DNA from: Eledone cirrhosa
Lineage: Eukaryota
Length of the DNA stretch: 64,000 bases
Assembly: GCA_964016885.1 (NCBI GenBank)
Contig: OZ024764.1
Location: 2,790,001 to 2,854,000, forward strand
Reading direction: 5' to 3'
Numbering within the stretch: the stretch's first letter is position 1; every line of letters starts with the position of its first letter. The position numbers were made by a program, and so were the translations under genes. The notes below the pieces were generated by a model that saw only the letters and a list, made by a program, of their open reading frames with translations, searched no databases and was not told where the DNA came from. Shown piece after piece: positions 24,383 to 36,596 of the stretch.

Positions 24383-24709
24383 GTATATATATATAGAGAG
24401 AGAGAGAGAACTATATCTACAAAGCTAAAATGTATGAAGAGAATTATATGATGTAGTTATACGAAGTAGTTTCAGAATTAATTCAATGTGTGTGTGTGTG
24501 TCTGTGTGTGTCTGTGTCTCTGTGTGTGTCTGTGTCTCTGTGTGTGTGTGTTATATTGGTCTGAAGAAACGAAGATTTAGAGAGAAACGGTTGTAAGTTA
24601 GACTTAAACTCACAGGGAATATAATTAAATATAGAGGGAAACATTAGCTTTTAAATCATTTTAACTCATAATGATTTCAAAGTTAATTAAGTCATCTACG
24701 TATTTAATT

Positions 24710-25595
24710 ATGTGTGTGTGCGTGTATATATACATACAAATATATTTGTGTGTATATATAAATATATATGTGTATATTTATAAATATATATGTGTGTGTA
24801 TATATACATATATATGTGTATATTTATACATATATATGTGTATATTTATAAATATATATGTGTATATTTATAAATATATATGTGTGTGTATATATACAAA
24901 TATATATGTGTGTGTATATATACATATATATGTGTATATTTATACATGTATATGTGTATATTTATAAATATATGTGTATATTTATAAATATATATGTGTA
25001 TATTTATAAATATATATGTGCGTATATATACATATATATGTGTATATTTATAAATATATATGTGTGTGTATATACATATATATGTGTATATTTATAAATA
25101 TATATGTGTGTGTGTGTATATACATATATATGTGTATATTTATAAATATATATGTGTGTGTGTGTATATACATATATATGTGTATATTTATAAATATATA
25201 TGTGTGTGTATACAAGTGGAAGCTTAGTAAAATCGATGCTTTGGCTGTGGCCAAGCAAAATCGACCTACAATAAGGAATGAGTAGCAAAGCACTCAATAA
25301 GGGTAGGTCCTGGGAGAAATAACATTACGTTTAAATAGCTTGACAAATTGAACATTGCGGTAGGCAAAACCCAACCATACTGTACCAAAAACAACGAATT
25401 AACTAATCAGGTATATATATATATATATATACATATATATAAATACGTGTGTGTGTGTGTGTGTGGGAGTCCCGGGTACCCAATACATACCAGAGTATAT
25501 ACAAGATGAAATGGCTTCTGGAAGACTAGAACCGTCTGGTGATTTCCTTTGAATGAAATAGATCTAGTCCTGTAGAAGATATTTCTATATTAAAT

Positions 25596-25654
<59 letters not shown>

Positions 25655-25837
25655 GAAATATATATATATACAGGAAAAGAAGCAGGGCCCTGAGGCTGAG
25701 CTCCGGCCATTCGGCAGCTAACGGCCGGAGCTCAGCTGTGGGGTCCTGACTCTTTACCTATTACCCACTCTACTACCCTAAGTATTGAGTATTCTGGGGC
25801 GTTATGGTCTACCTTGTTCCTTACCACATCTTCTTTG

Positions 25838-25889
<52 letters not shown>

Positions 25890-26322
25890 ATAAAGAACTG
25901 AACGTACATTCTATATATCTATAATAGAATAATCGAGTATCGGAAAATCAGCTCACGAATTAACGATAAACAATATCCGATATGAGTGGCAGAGGGCTCA
26001 ATATATATATATGTTTATCCCAGGCTCAATCGGGGGTAACCACAGTAAGTAAGGTACTCAATACATAGTAGAATATAAATATTTAATATAGAAATGGCTT
26101 CTACAGGACTAGAACTGTTTCATTCGGGAGAAATCATCATATATATATATATATATATATATATGTAGGAGGTGAGTTTTATTGTAGTACAATAAAGCAA
26201 TGCAGATATCGGATAAGAAGCACTCTACAGTTTGTGGGACTGGAGTATGCATAATATAAGATCAAAAGATGGTTAAATATATATATAAAATATATGGAAC
26301 TCCTTTAACCATCTTTTGATCT

Positions 26323-26353
<31 letters not shown>

Positions 26354-26576
26354 CTTAACTACGTATTTAAACATCACATATATTTCAAATTTTTATTTAT
26401 ATATATATATATATATATGTATATGTATGTATATATATATGTATGTATATATATATATGTATGTATATATATATATATGTATGTATATATATATTTATCT
26501 ACGTATTTAAACATCACATATATTTCAAATTTTTATTTATATATATGTGTGTATATATATATATATATGTATATAC

Positions 26577-26626
<50 letters not shown>

Positions 26627-26633
26627 GTGTATG

Positions 26634-26704
<71 letters not shown>

Positions 26705-26773
26705 ATATATATATATATATGTATGTATATATATATATATATATGTATGTATATATATATATATATATGTATG

Positions 26774-26865
<92 letters not shown>

Positions 26866-27012
26866 AGCAACTTTTAAAGTAGTTTAAAGACTTACGATAC
26901 TTTTTCCCAGCGAAATACAGAATGTCTGCGAAAGCTTAACTGATCGACGTGGTTTATCCTTCAACAGGTTGGTTGTGTGTGTGTGTGTATATATATAGTG
27001 AGGGGGTGTGTC

Positions 27013-27048
<36 letters not shown>

Positions 27049-27062
27049 GTGACGGTGTGTGG

Positions 27063-27098
<36 letters not shown>

Positions 27099-27355
27099 AT
27101 GTTTATTTTCGAATGATGACACAACCAAAGTGGTTTTAGAAGTGGTGTGGTCGTGATGTGGTGGTGGTGGTGTGGTGGTGGTGATGTGGTGTGGTGATTG
27201 TGTAATGGTGGTGGTGGTGGTGTGGTGGTGATATGGTGGTGGTGTGGTGATGTGGTGGTGATGATGTGGTCGTGGTGGGTTCGTAGTGGTGGTATTGGTG
27301 GTGATGGCTGTTACTAAATGTACACTCCTTTTACACACACACACACACACATATA

Positions 27356-27420
<65 letters not shown>
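24710..27420. repeat. Microsatellite and low-complexity zone: (TA)n, (TG)n, TA/TG compound repeats, (GGT)n
   Basis: Direct reading; interspersed with short Penelope-type end fragments. Confidence 0.95.
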
Positions 27421-27421
<1 letters not shown>

Positions 27422-27594
27422 AAACAAACCAGGATTTTTTCATTCTGAGGATTGAAAGCAAAACCTTTTGCTTTTAAGAAACCACTGGTAAATGGAATAA
27501 TTGCCTTATGTTGTTTATTACATAATAATAATTAAGCTCTGTTGCCTACATAGAGCACTCTTTTTTCCTGGACTTTTCCGACGGAATTACTTCA

Positions 27595-27654
<60 letters not shown>

Positions 27655-28419
27655 TAAATATAACGGTGATGAATTAGTTTTGCGACGTTTTTGATATGAA
27701 ATCGTGTGTTGAAACAAATATTGTTATACTTGGGGAGGGTCATATTCGTGTAATTTTGCCAGAATTAATAACAGAACACACTCACTGTTTGGTTGGTTTT
27801 CGCTTCTGTGTCCTTTATATCAGTAATCTAATTTATTCAGTCCTCAATGTTGCCATTGACTGACCAACGATCAAAAATAATACAGATACAATATAGACAC
27901 ACACATATATATATAGTTTGTCAAAGTTCTTTCGTTGCACCTCTGCAACATCGTCAGTGGTGCTATTGTTTCCTCTATAAATATAAATGATCGAGAATCG
28001 TATTTCGGCCTATGAAATAACGAAAAACAACCTCCGAGATGTGTGGCAAGTGCTCAATGGTTCAGAGGAACCAGAGCTACAACATACGTTAAAAGCCAAA
28101 CACACTGAGACGATGGTTAAACAATCATCCGTACAACCAAAAAACGATCAAGTAATTCGGGTCAAACAAATAAAAATATATGTGATTGAAAATATATGTG
28201 ATTGAAAAAAAAAATATATATATATATATTTACATAACCAAAAGTTAAACAAGGTTCATTGATTAATCAATGAATATAGTTTTACAATAGATTTGAAGCA
28301 CTCAACAACTGTTTTCTGGAGTTATTAATATTAATTCAAAATATTAATAAATATAGACATTATATATTTGACATAATATATTTGATCACATGAATGTCTA
28401 TATTTATTAATATTTTGAA

Positions 28420-28476
<57 letters not shown>

Positions 28477-28723
28477 AATTAGTATATCTACTAACATATA
28501 TATACAGAATATATATATATCATCCACTGAATTATTTTTGTATAAGTTACCTGGGTCCACGCATTGCCTGGAAACTTAGCTGAGAATTGACTTCCCTGAT
28601 GACGAAAGGCTTCTCCATATGTTTCTTCGGGAACTATGTTTATTCCCTTTCAAAAACTAATTAGTTGGAGTGAAATTTTAGTAAGTAAGTTAATTTTTAT
28701 AATTTTCTTATTTTACGTCTTTC

Positions 28724-28787
<64 letters not shown>

Positions 28788-28895
28788 TGGTTACACAACA
28801 GTTAGTTCACCATACCGAGAACAATTGTTTCACCTTCGCGGATCTTCAGCTCGGGATGTATATGGTTATAGGAACAGGAAGGACAACCGTACGAA

Positions 28896-28906
28896 CGCGC
28901 ATGCGC
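28896..28906. promoter_or_regulatory. NRF1-type palindrome GCGCATGCGC in unique, CpG-richer sequence
   Basis: Motif match only. Confidence 0.3.
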
Positions 28907-29390
28907 AGAAACTCGGTCACTTCACACAGGCAATAGTAGACTGCGTGCGGGGGGGGGGGGTAAAGGAGATAACTGCAAAAGTCTGGAAAGTTTTTTGGTT
29001 GAAAATAAAATAAAAAAATTAAAAAATAAAATTACAAAGAATCAGTCCGGAGCCTTGTAGTTATGTAATAGATGTTTGGTGACGTGTGGACAACGTGTGA
29101 AAAATTCATTCCTCGTGTTTAGGTAATCACTATTGCGTAATCTCTTTAGGATAGTTATTCGTTATATATATATATATAGTAATAATAATAAATGTGAAGA
29201 CTGAAATCCAAAGAGGGCTCGATAAGGATAAATATTTATATCAAATATATAAGAACCCTAGAGCAAATATTTATTCAAGTTTAAGCAAAGAATCGCTGCT
29301 TTCACCCTTAACATGATCTAAACTCATAGCAGCAATCTTTGCTTAAACTTTAGTCTGTTATTTTAATATATATATATATAAAAAAAAAAG

Positions 29391-29444
<54 letters not shown>

Positions 29445-29447
<3 letters not shown>

Positions 29448-30528
29448 TCATCATCTTCGTTTAACGTCCATTTTCCCCGCTAGCATGGGTTAGACGGGGG
29501 TTGTACCACTTGAGGCAAGGCTGGTCGGGTGACCGTGTCTCGCTCATATAGGACTATCTGGCAGGTTTTCTACAGCTGGATGCCCTTCCTAACACCAACC
29601 ATATTTACAGTGTGGAACTGGGAACTTTTTACCGTGTTATCTACACGGCCACATTACAGCGTGGACTGTGTGTTTTTTTGTCGTGACACCTACATGGCCA
29701 CATTACAGCGTGGACTGTGTGTTTTTGTCGTGTTACCTACACGATCTCGATCTCATTATCTCGTGCTGTTGGTGGGAGTGGGAGGATAACGTAGGGGTAG
29801 TGGATTGGGGTGTATATTTGGTTAAGAGGTGCCTACTGACTGTAGGTTTCGCTTTGTACATAGGCAAGGCGGGTCTTCTGTATTACTGCAGAGTGCCAAA
29901 GATCTCGGTCCAGAGACATTGTCTTAGAGAGATGTAAGTGTGTAAGGTCGGAATTTATCAGATCATCCCAGGTTTTTCTGGGTCTACCTACTCCGTAACC
30001 ACCATCAATTGATCGCCCTGCACTTTTTTATACAGCTGTCGTCCTTCATGCGCATCACGTGACCATACCAACGTTGTCTTCTCTCAAGTAAACAGCATCT
30101 GATCCCTCTTATTCCTAATTTCTCACTTAGTTCATTTATGCTTTGCCGTTCACGTATATTACTATTACACATCCAACAGAGCATGCATGCTTCGTTCCTT
30201 TCCAGTCCACACAGGTCCTCTGCACGTAATGCCCATGTCTCACTGCCATATACCATTGCTGTTCGTATACAGGCATCATACAATCTACCTTTCATTTTTA
30301 GAGAGAAACCTTTTGTGGCCAACAGCGGTATAAGCTCTCTGAACTTTTTCCATCCCGTTGTGACTCTGGCTACTGTACTTTCAGAGCACCCTCCACCACT
30401 GTTGATTTCGTCACCCAGGTAACGGAAAGTGTCTACTATTTCTATAGAACCATCTGGGCAATAGAAGTAGCTAGTATCCTGTGGACACTTGCTACTTATT
30501 GCACCTGAGCATTGTCCACATATAAAGT
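29445..30528 (-). mobile_element. RTE LINE, 5'-truncated
   Basis: KGRLYDACIRTAMVYGSETWAL...RRQRWYGHVMRM, UTR and (GAT)n tail. Confidence 0.93.
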
Positions 30529-31017
30529 CTACGTTCTTAGATAGTTTACCTGTGATCCCTCTACATCTTTTATGTACCCATACTTTGCATTTGGGACATA
30601 AAATGTTTCAGTGGCATAGTGGTAGGGGCTAGAGGGGGTGGAGATCCTGGCCTTAGGTTCAATCCTGGTCGAGAGGTACGTGTAATCTGTTCCAGTTTTT
30701 ATTTTACATCCCATAGAAAAAAACTGAAAGGGTTTACCAGTAACCTTACTCCTGACCAGGATCGAACTTCAGACCAAGATCAGCACCATCTATGATTCCT
30801 CCACCTAGGCCACTGAGACAACTACAAAAGTATAATGAAAATTAAGAATTATAAAACTACTTTCAAAATCAAAGTTTAAAAGTTGTGATGTCATTCATGG
30901 CTTTCCTAGTCATATTTAGGGTCGACTTGTCAATCTTCTGGCTCTTTGGTAACAACCTTATTATTCCTATGTGTGTTTAACTGTGGAATTAATTCAATTT
31001 GATTATTCTAAAAAAAC

Positions 31018-31087
<70 letters not shown>

Positions 31088-31383
31088 CAAGATGTATGGT
31101 AGGTCGTATGTGAATCGCGATGATCACGCCTGACCTACCAAATATGTGACGGTAGCTAGTTAAGCTCTATGCGTATAAGCAGAGCAGAAATATTAATGAA
31201 AAAGAACAAAGGAACTATTATGACATTATAACAAGTTTATTGCCGACAACTAATATAAAAGAGCCCCCTTAGAATATAGACCCCAAATATACAAGCGGAG
31301 CTGCTGATGTATACCACAATTTCAAACTGCTAATCTTGAGTGAAACGTTGATGTAAATAATGAACTTACAATCACTTGTTATA

Positions 31384-31430
31384 TGCCTTGAAAAGTCCCA
31401 CCATATGGTCGGACGAAACGGCAGTCGGCA
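31384..31430 (+). ncRNA. Type I hammerhead ribozyme motif, U3-A8 core variant
   Basis: TGCC-TTGAAAA-GTCC..GGAC-GAAAC ggca GTC-GGCA; stems I, II and III all pair; GUC triplet. Confidence 0.72.
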
Positions 31431-31444
31431 ATAAACTCGTTATA

Positions 31445-32600
31445 ATAATAATAATAATGAAATTATTGTGTAAAGTGCTCAGGTGCACTACAACTCGTCA
31501 ATATAGTACATAGAATAATACACAAATGTCAGGGAAGTACATGTTTGTATGTGTTAGCTGTAGTGTTGGCGGATCTCGTGAAGCATGGAGGCCTTAAAGG
31601 ATGCAGTGTCTCGACAGCTAACAACTGATGCAGGTAGTTTGTTCCATGCTTCAGCAACTCTGAGCGTGAAAAAATGTTTCCGAAAGTCATGGGAACTGTG
31701 CTGTTTTCTTACTTTGTGGGCATGTCCACGTGTGTTAGACACATGGAAATCGAAAAGGCACTCAGGGTTGTTGTTGGCAACATGGTTAACAATTTTGTGG
31801 GTGTTTACCAAGTCAGTTGCCAGGCGTCGGAGCTTCAATGAATCCATGCCCAGGGAAGCAAGGCGCTCAGAGTATGGTAGATGCCTGATGGAGGGTATTC
31901 GCTTGGTTGCACGTCTCTGAACAGTTTCCAGGCGGTCAATGTCCTGAGCAAGATAGGGGTTCCAGACCGGTGATGCAAATTCTAAGTGTGGTCGCACCAT
32001 AGCTGTATACAGCCTTAAATAGATATCTGGAGAGCGGCTGACAAAGGTCTTGCTGAGTGATGCTAAGACACCCTCGGCCCTCTTGACAATTTTAGAGACG
32101 TGCCTCGTCCAACGCAAATCGCTGCTGACCGTAATGCCCAGGTCACGTTCACAGGAAGACTTCTTGATATTAGTGCTGTGGAAGGAGTATGTGGACGCTG
32201 GGTTTTTACTCCCAAAATGCATGGTGGTGCACTTGTCCACAACTAGCTTGAGTTGCCAGTCTGAGATCCACTGTTGCACTGTGTCCAGGTCAGACTGCAA
32301 GCAAGATCTATAGTGTTCAGGATCTGTCCTTTTTATCTCAAGGTACAGCTTGATGTCGTCTGCGTACTTTAGTACTGTGGCATTCCTTAAGTTGGCATCT
32401 ATGTCATTAATATATGCCACAAACAAAAGGGGGCCAAGAACAGATCCCTGAGGTACACCAGATGACATCTCATATGGTGAGGAATGCTGTCCCAGAACCG
32501 TGACTACCTCTCTTCGACTGAGAATGAAGGACTTCAACCAGTTAAAAAGATCATCCTTCACACCCATTGCAGAGAGTTTTGCCATAAGCCTTTGTCATAA
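31445..32600 (-). mobile_element. CR1-group LINE, 5'-truncated, with intact 343-aa RT/C-terminal frame (31554-32585)
   Basis: SGVPQGSVLGPLLF..YINDI, YADD, ERDLG, VRPHLEFASPVW, LE.VQRRATK, TRGH, FF..RV...WN.LP; (ATT)n tail. Confidence 0.93.
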
Positions 32601-32636
32601 TAGCCTTTGTCATAATAGTTCCTTTGTTCTTTTTCA

Positions 32637-32696
<60 letters not shown>

Positions 32697-32794
32697 CATA
32701 TATAAGGAACGATCGACTTTCGTTAAATCGGACCGAGGGAACAATGTTTCCGTTGGTCTTTCCAATTGCTAATACTATCTATCGGTCGCAACTC

Positions 32795-32898
32795 CAGGTA
32801 GAAGGAGCAACGTGAAATAAAGTGTCTTGCTCAAGGACATAACGCATCACCTGGTCCAGGAATCGAACTCACAACCATACAATTGCGAATCCAATTCT
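32795..32898 (-). mobile_element. CORE-type SINE head, related subfamily
   Basis: GTGAAATAAAGTGTCTTGCTCAAGGAC...CTCTAACCACTCAGCCAC. Confidence 0.7.
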
Positions 32899-32945
32899 CT
32901 AACCACTCAGCCACACGCCAGGTTGCCCAATGGCAAATGGGCCCC

Positions 32946-35900
32946 ATGTGGTTAGAATGTCTGAGGAAAGAATCTCTGAATTGAGAGATCACAGCTCTGA
33001 TACTACAGACATGTGGTTAGAATGTCTGAGGAAAGAATCTCTGAATTAAGAGATCACAGCTCTGAAACTACAGACATGTGGTTAGAATGTCTGAGGAAAG
33101 AATCTCTAAATTGAGAGATCACAACTCTGATACTACAGACATGTGGTTAGAATGTCTCAGGAAAGAATCTCTAAATTGAGAGATCACAGCTCTGATACTA
33201 CAGACATGTGGTTAGATTGTCTCAGGAAAGAAACTCGGAATTGAGAGACCACAGCTCTGATACTACAGATATGTGGTTAGAATGTCTCAGGAAAGAATCT
33301 CTAAATTGAGAGATCACAGCTCTGATACTACAGACATGTGGTTAGAATGTCTCAGGAAAGAATCTCTAAATTGAGAGATCACAGCTCTGATATTACAGAC
33401 ATGTGGTTAGAATGTCTCAGGAAATAACCTCTGAATTGAGAGACCACAGCTCTGATACTACAGACATGTGGTTAGAATGTCTGAGGAAAGAATCTCTGAA
33501 TTGAGAGATCACAGTTCTGATACTACAGACATGTGGTTAGATTGTCTCAGGAAAGAATCTCTAAATTGAGAGATCACAGCTCTGATATTACAGACATGTG
33601 GTTAGAATGTCTCAGGAAAGAACCTCTGAATTGAGAGACCACAGCTCTGATATTACAGACATGTGGTTAGAATGTCTCAGGAAAGAATCTCTAAATTGAG
33701 AGATCACAGCTCTGATACTACAGATATGTGGTTAGAATGTCTCAGGAAAGAATCTCTAAATTGAGAGATCACAGCTCTGATATTACAGACATGTGGTTAG
33801 AATGTCTCAGGAAAGAACCTCTGAATTGAGAGACCATGTTCTGATACTACAGACATGTGGTTAGAATGTCTGAGGTAAGAATCTCTGAATTGAGAGATCA
33901 CAGCTCTGATACTACAGACATGTGGTTAGAATGTCTCAGGAAATAATCTCTGAATTGAGAGATCACAGCTCTGATACTACAGACATGTGGTTAGAATGTC
34001 TCAGGTAAGAATCTCTAAATTGAGAAATCACAGCTGTGATACTACAGACATGTGGTTAGAATGTCTCAGGTAAGAATCTCTAAATTGAGAGATCACAGCT
34101 CTGATACTACAGACATGTGGTTAGAATGTCTCAGGTAAGAATCTCTAAATTGAGAGATCACAGCTTGATACTACAGACATGTGGTTAGAATGTCTGAGAA
34201 AAGAACCTCTGAATTGAGAGACCACAGCTCTGATACTACAGACATGTGGTTAGAATGTCTCAGGTAAGAATCTCTAAATTGAGAGATCACAGCTCTGATA
34301 CTACAGACATATGGTTAGAATGTCTCAGGAAAGAATCTCTGAATTGAGAGATCACAGCTCTGATACTACAGACATGTGGTTAGAATGTCTCAGGTAAGAA
34401 TCTCTAAATTGAGAGATCACAGCTCTGATACTACAGACATATGGTTAGAATGTCTGAGAAAAGAACCTCTGAATTGAGAGACCACAGCTCTGATACTACA
34501 GACATGTGGTTAGAATGTCTCAGGTAAGAATCTCTAAATTGAGAGATCACAGCTATGATACTACAGACATGTGGTTAGAATGTCTCAGGAAAGAATCTCT
34601 GAATTGAGAGACCATGCTCTGATACTACAGACATGTGGTTAGAATGTCTGAGGTAAGAATCTCTGAATTGAGAGATCACAGCTCTGATACTACAGACATG
34701 TGGTTAGAATGTCTCAGGAAATAATCTCTGAATTGAGAGATCACAGCTCTGATACTACAGACATGTGGTTAGAATGTCTCAGGTAAGAATCTCTAAATTG
34801 AGAAATCACAGCTGTGATACTACAGACATGTGGTTAGAATGTCTCAGGTAAGAATCTCTAAATTGAGAGATCACAGCTCTGATACTACAGACATGTGGTT
34901 AGAATATCTCAGGTAAGAATCTCTAAATTGAGAGATCACAGCTTGATACTACAGACATGTGGTTAGAATGTCTGAGAAAAGAACCTCTGAATTGAGAGAC
35001 CACAGCTCTGATACTACAGACATGTGGTTAGAATGTCTCAGGTAAGAATCTCTAAATTGAGAGATCACAGCTCTGATACTACAGACATATGGTTAGAATG
35101 TCTCAGGAAAGAATCTCTGAATTGAGAGATCACAGCTCTGATACTACAGACATGTGGTTAGAATGTCTCAGGTAAGAATCTCTAAATTGAGAGATCACAG
35201 CTTGATACTACAGACATGTGGTTAGAATGTCTGAGAAAAGAACCTCTGAATTGAGAGACCACAGCTCTGATACTACAGACATGTGGTTAGAATGTCTCAG
35301 GTAAGAATCTCTAAATTGAGAGATCACAGCTCTGATACTACAGACATATGGTTAGAATGTCTCAGGAAAGAATCTCTGAATTGAGAGATCACAGCTCTGA
35401 TACTACAGACATGTGGTTAGAATGTCTCAGGTAAGAATCTCTAAATTGAGAGATCACAGCTCTGATACTACAGACATGTGGTTAGAATGTCTGAGAAAAG
35501 AACCTCTGAATTGAGAGATCACAGCTCTGATACTACAGACATGTGGTTAGAATGTCTCAGGTAAGAATCTCTAAATTGAGAGATCACAGCTTGATACTAC
35601 AGACATGTGGTTAGAATGTCTGAGAAAAGAACCTCTGAATTGAGAGACCACAGCTCTGATACTACAGACATGTGGTTAGAATGTCTCAGGTAAGAATCTC
35701 TAAATTGAGAGATCACAGCTCTGATACTACAGACATATGGTTAGAATGTCTGAGGAAAGAATCTCTGAATTGAGAGATCACAGCTCTGATACTACAGACA
35801 TGTGGTTAGAATGTCTCAGGTAAGAATCTCTAAATTGAGAGATCACAGCTTGATACTACAGACATGTGGTTAGAATGTCTGAGAAAAGAACCTCTGAATT

Positions 35901-36347
35901 GAGAGACCACAGCTCTGATACTACAGACATGTGGTTAGAATGTCTCAGGTAAGAATCTCTAAATTGAGAGATCACAGCTCTGATACTACAGACATATGGT
36001 TAGAATGTCTCAGGAAAGAATCTCTGAATTGAGAGATCACAGCTCTGATACTACAGACATGTGGTTAGAATGTCTGAGAAAAGAACCTCTGAATTGAGAG
36101 ACCACAGCTCTGATACTACAGACATGTGGTTAGAATGTCTCAGGTAAGAATCTCTAAATTGAGAGATCACAGCTCTGATACTACAGACATATGGTTAGAA
36201 TGTCTCAGGAAAGAATCTCTGAATTGAGAGATCACAGCTCTGATACTACAGACATGTGGTTAGAATGTCTCAGGTAAGAATCTCTAAATTGAGAGATCAC
36301 AGCTATGATACTACAGACATGTGGTTAGAATGTCTGAGGAAAGAATT
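32946..36347 (+). repeat. 65-bp satellite (about 52 copies) derived from RTE ORF2
   Basis: Unit CTCTGAATTGAGAGATCACAGCTCTGATACTACAGACATGTGGTTAGAATGTCTCAGGAAAGAAT; period 65 (33010 to 33075). Confidence 0.97.
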
Positions 36348-36586
36348 GCCGGACAAATTTTACAGGTAAAACCAGCCGGCAGGAAACGTGGGGTTAGACC
36401 CTAAGCAAGATGGTTGGATAGGATCTATGAGCTTGGCTGGTCACACTTGGGGATCCAGCCGGATCAGTTGGAGATGGCTGCTTCTGACAGGACCCACTGG
36501 AGGGAGTTTTTAAGGACTCTCTCCCTATGGCCTTCTCTGGAAGAAGAAGAAGAAGAAGAAGAAGAAGAAGAAGAAGAAGAAGAAGA
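36318..36586 (+). mobile_element. RTE LINE 3' end (family III) continuing from the last 65-bp unit, with (GAA)n tail
   Basis: HVVRMSEERIAGQILQVKPAGRKRGVRP*ARWLD...AASDRTHWR. Confidence 0.82.
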
Positions 36587-36596
36587 TTTTTTTTTA

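Noticed and set aside
24671-27743. YI/CV-rich ORFs
   Set aside because: Translations of (TA)n and (TG)n microsatellites.
28595-28612. CTGATGACGAAA as a hammerhead (also CTGATGA at about 47553, 48320 and 61740)
   Set aside because: No convincing stem II or stems I/III; at most decayed relics.
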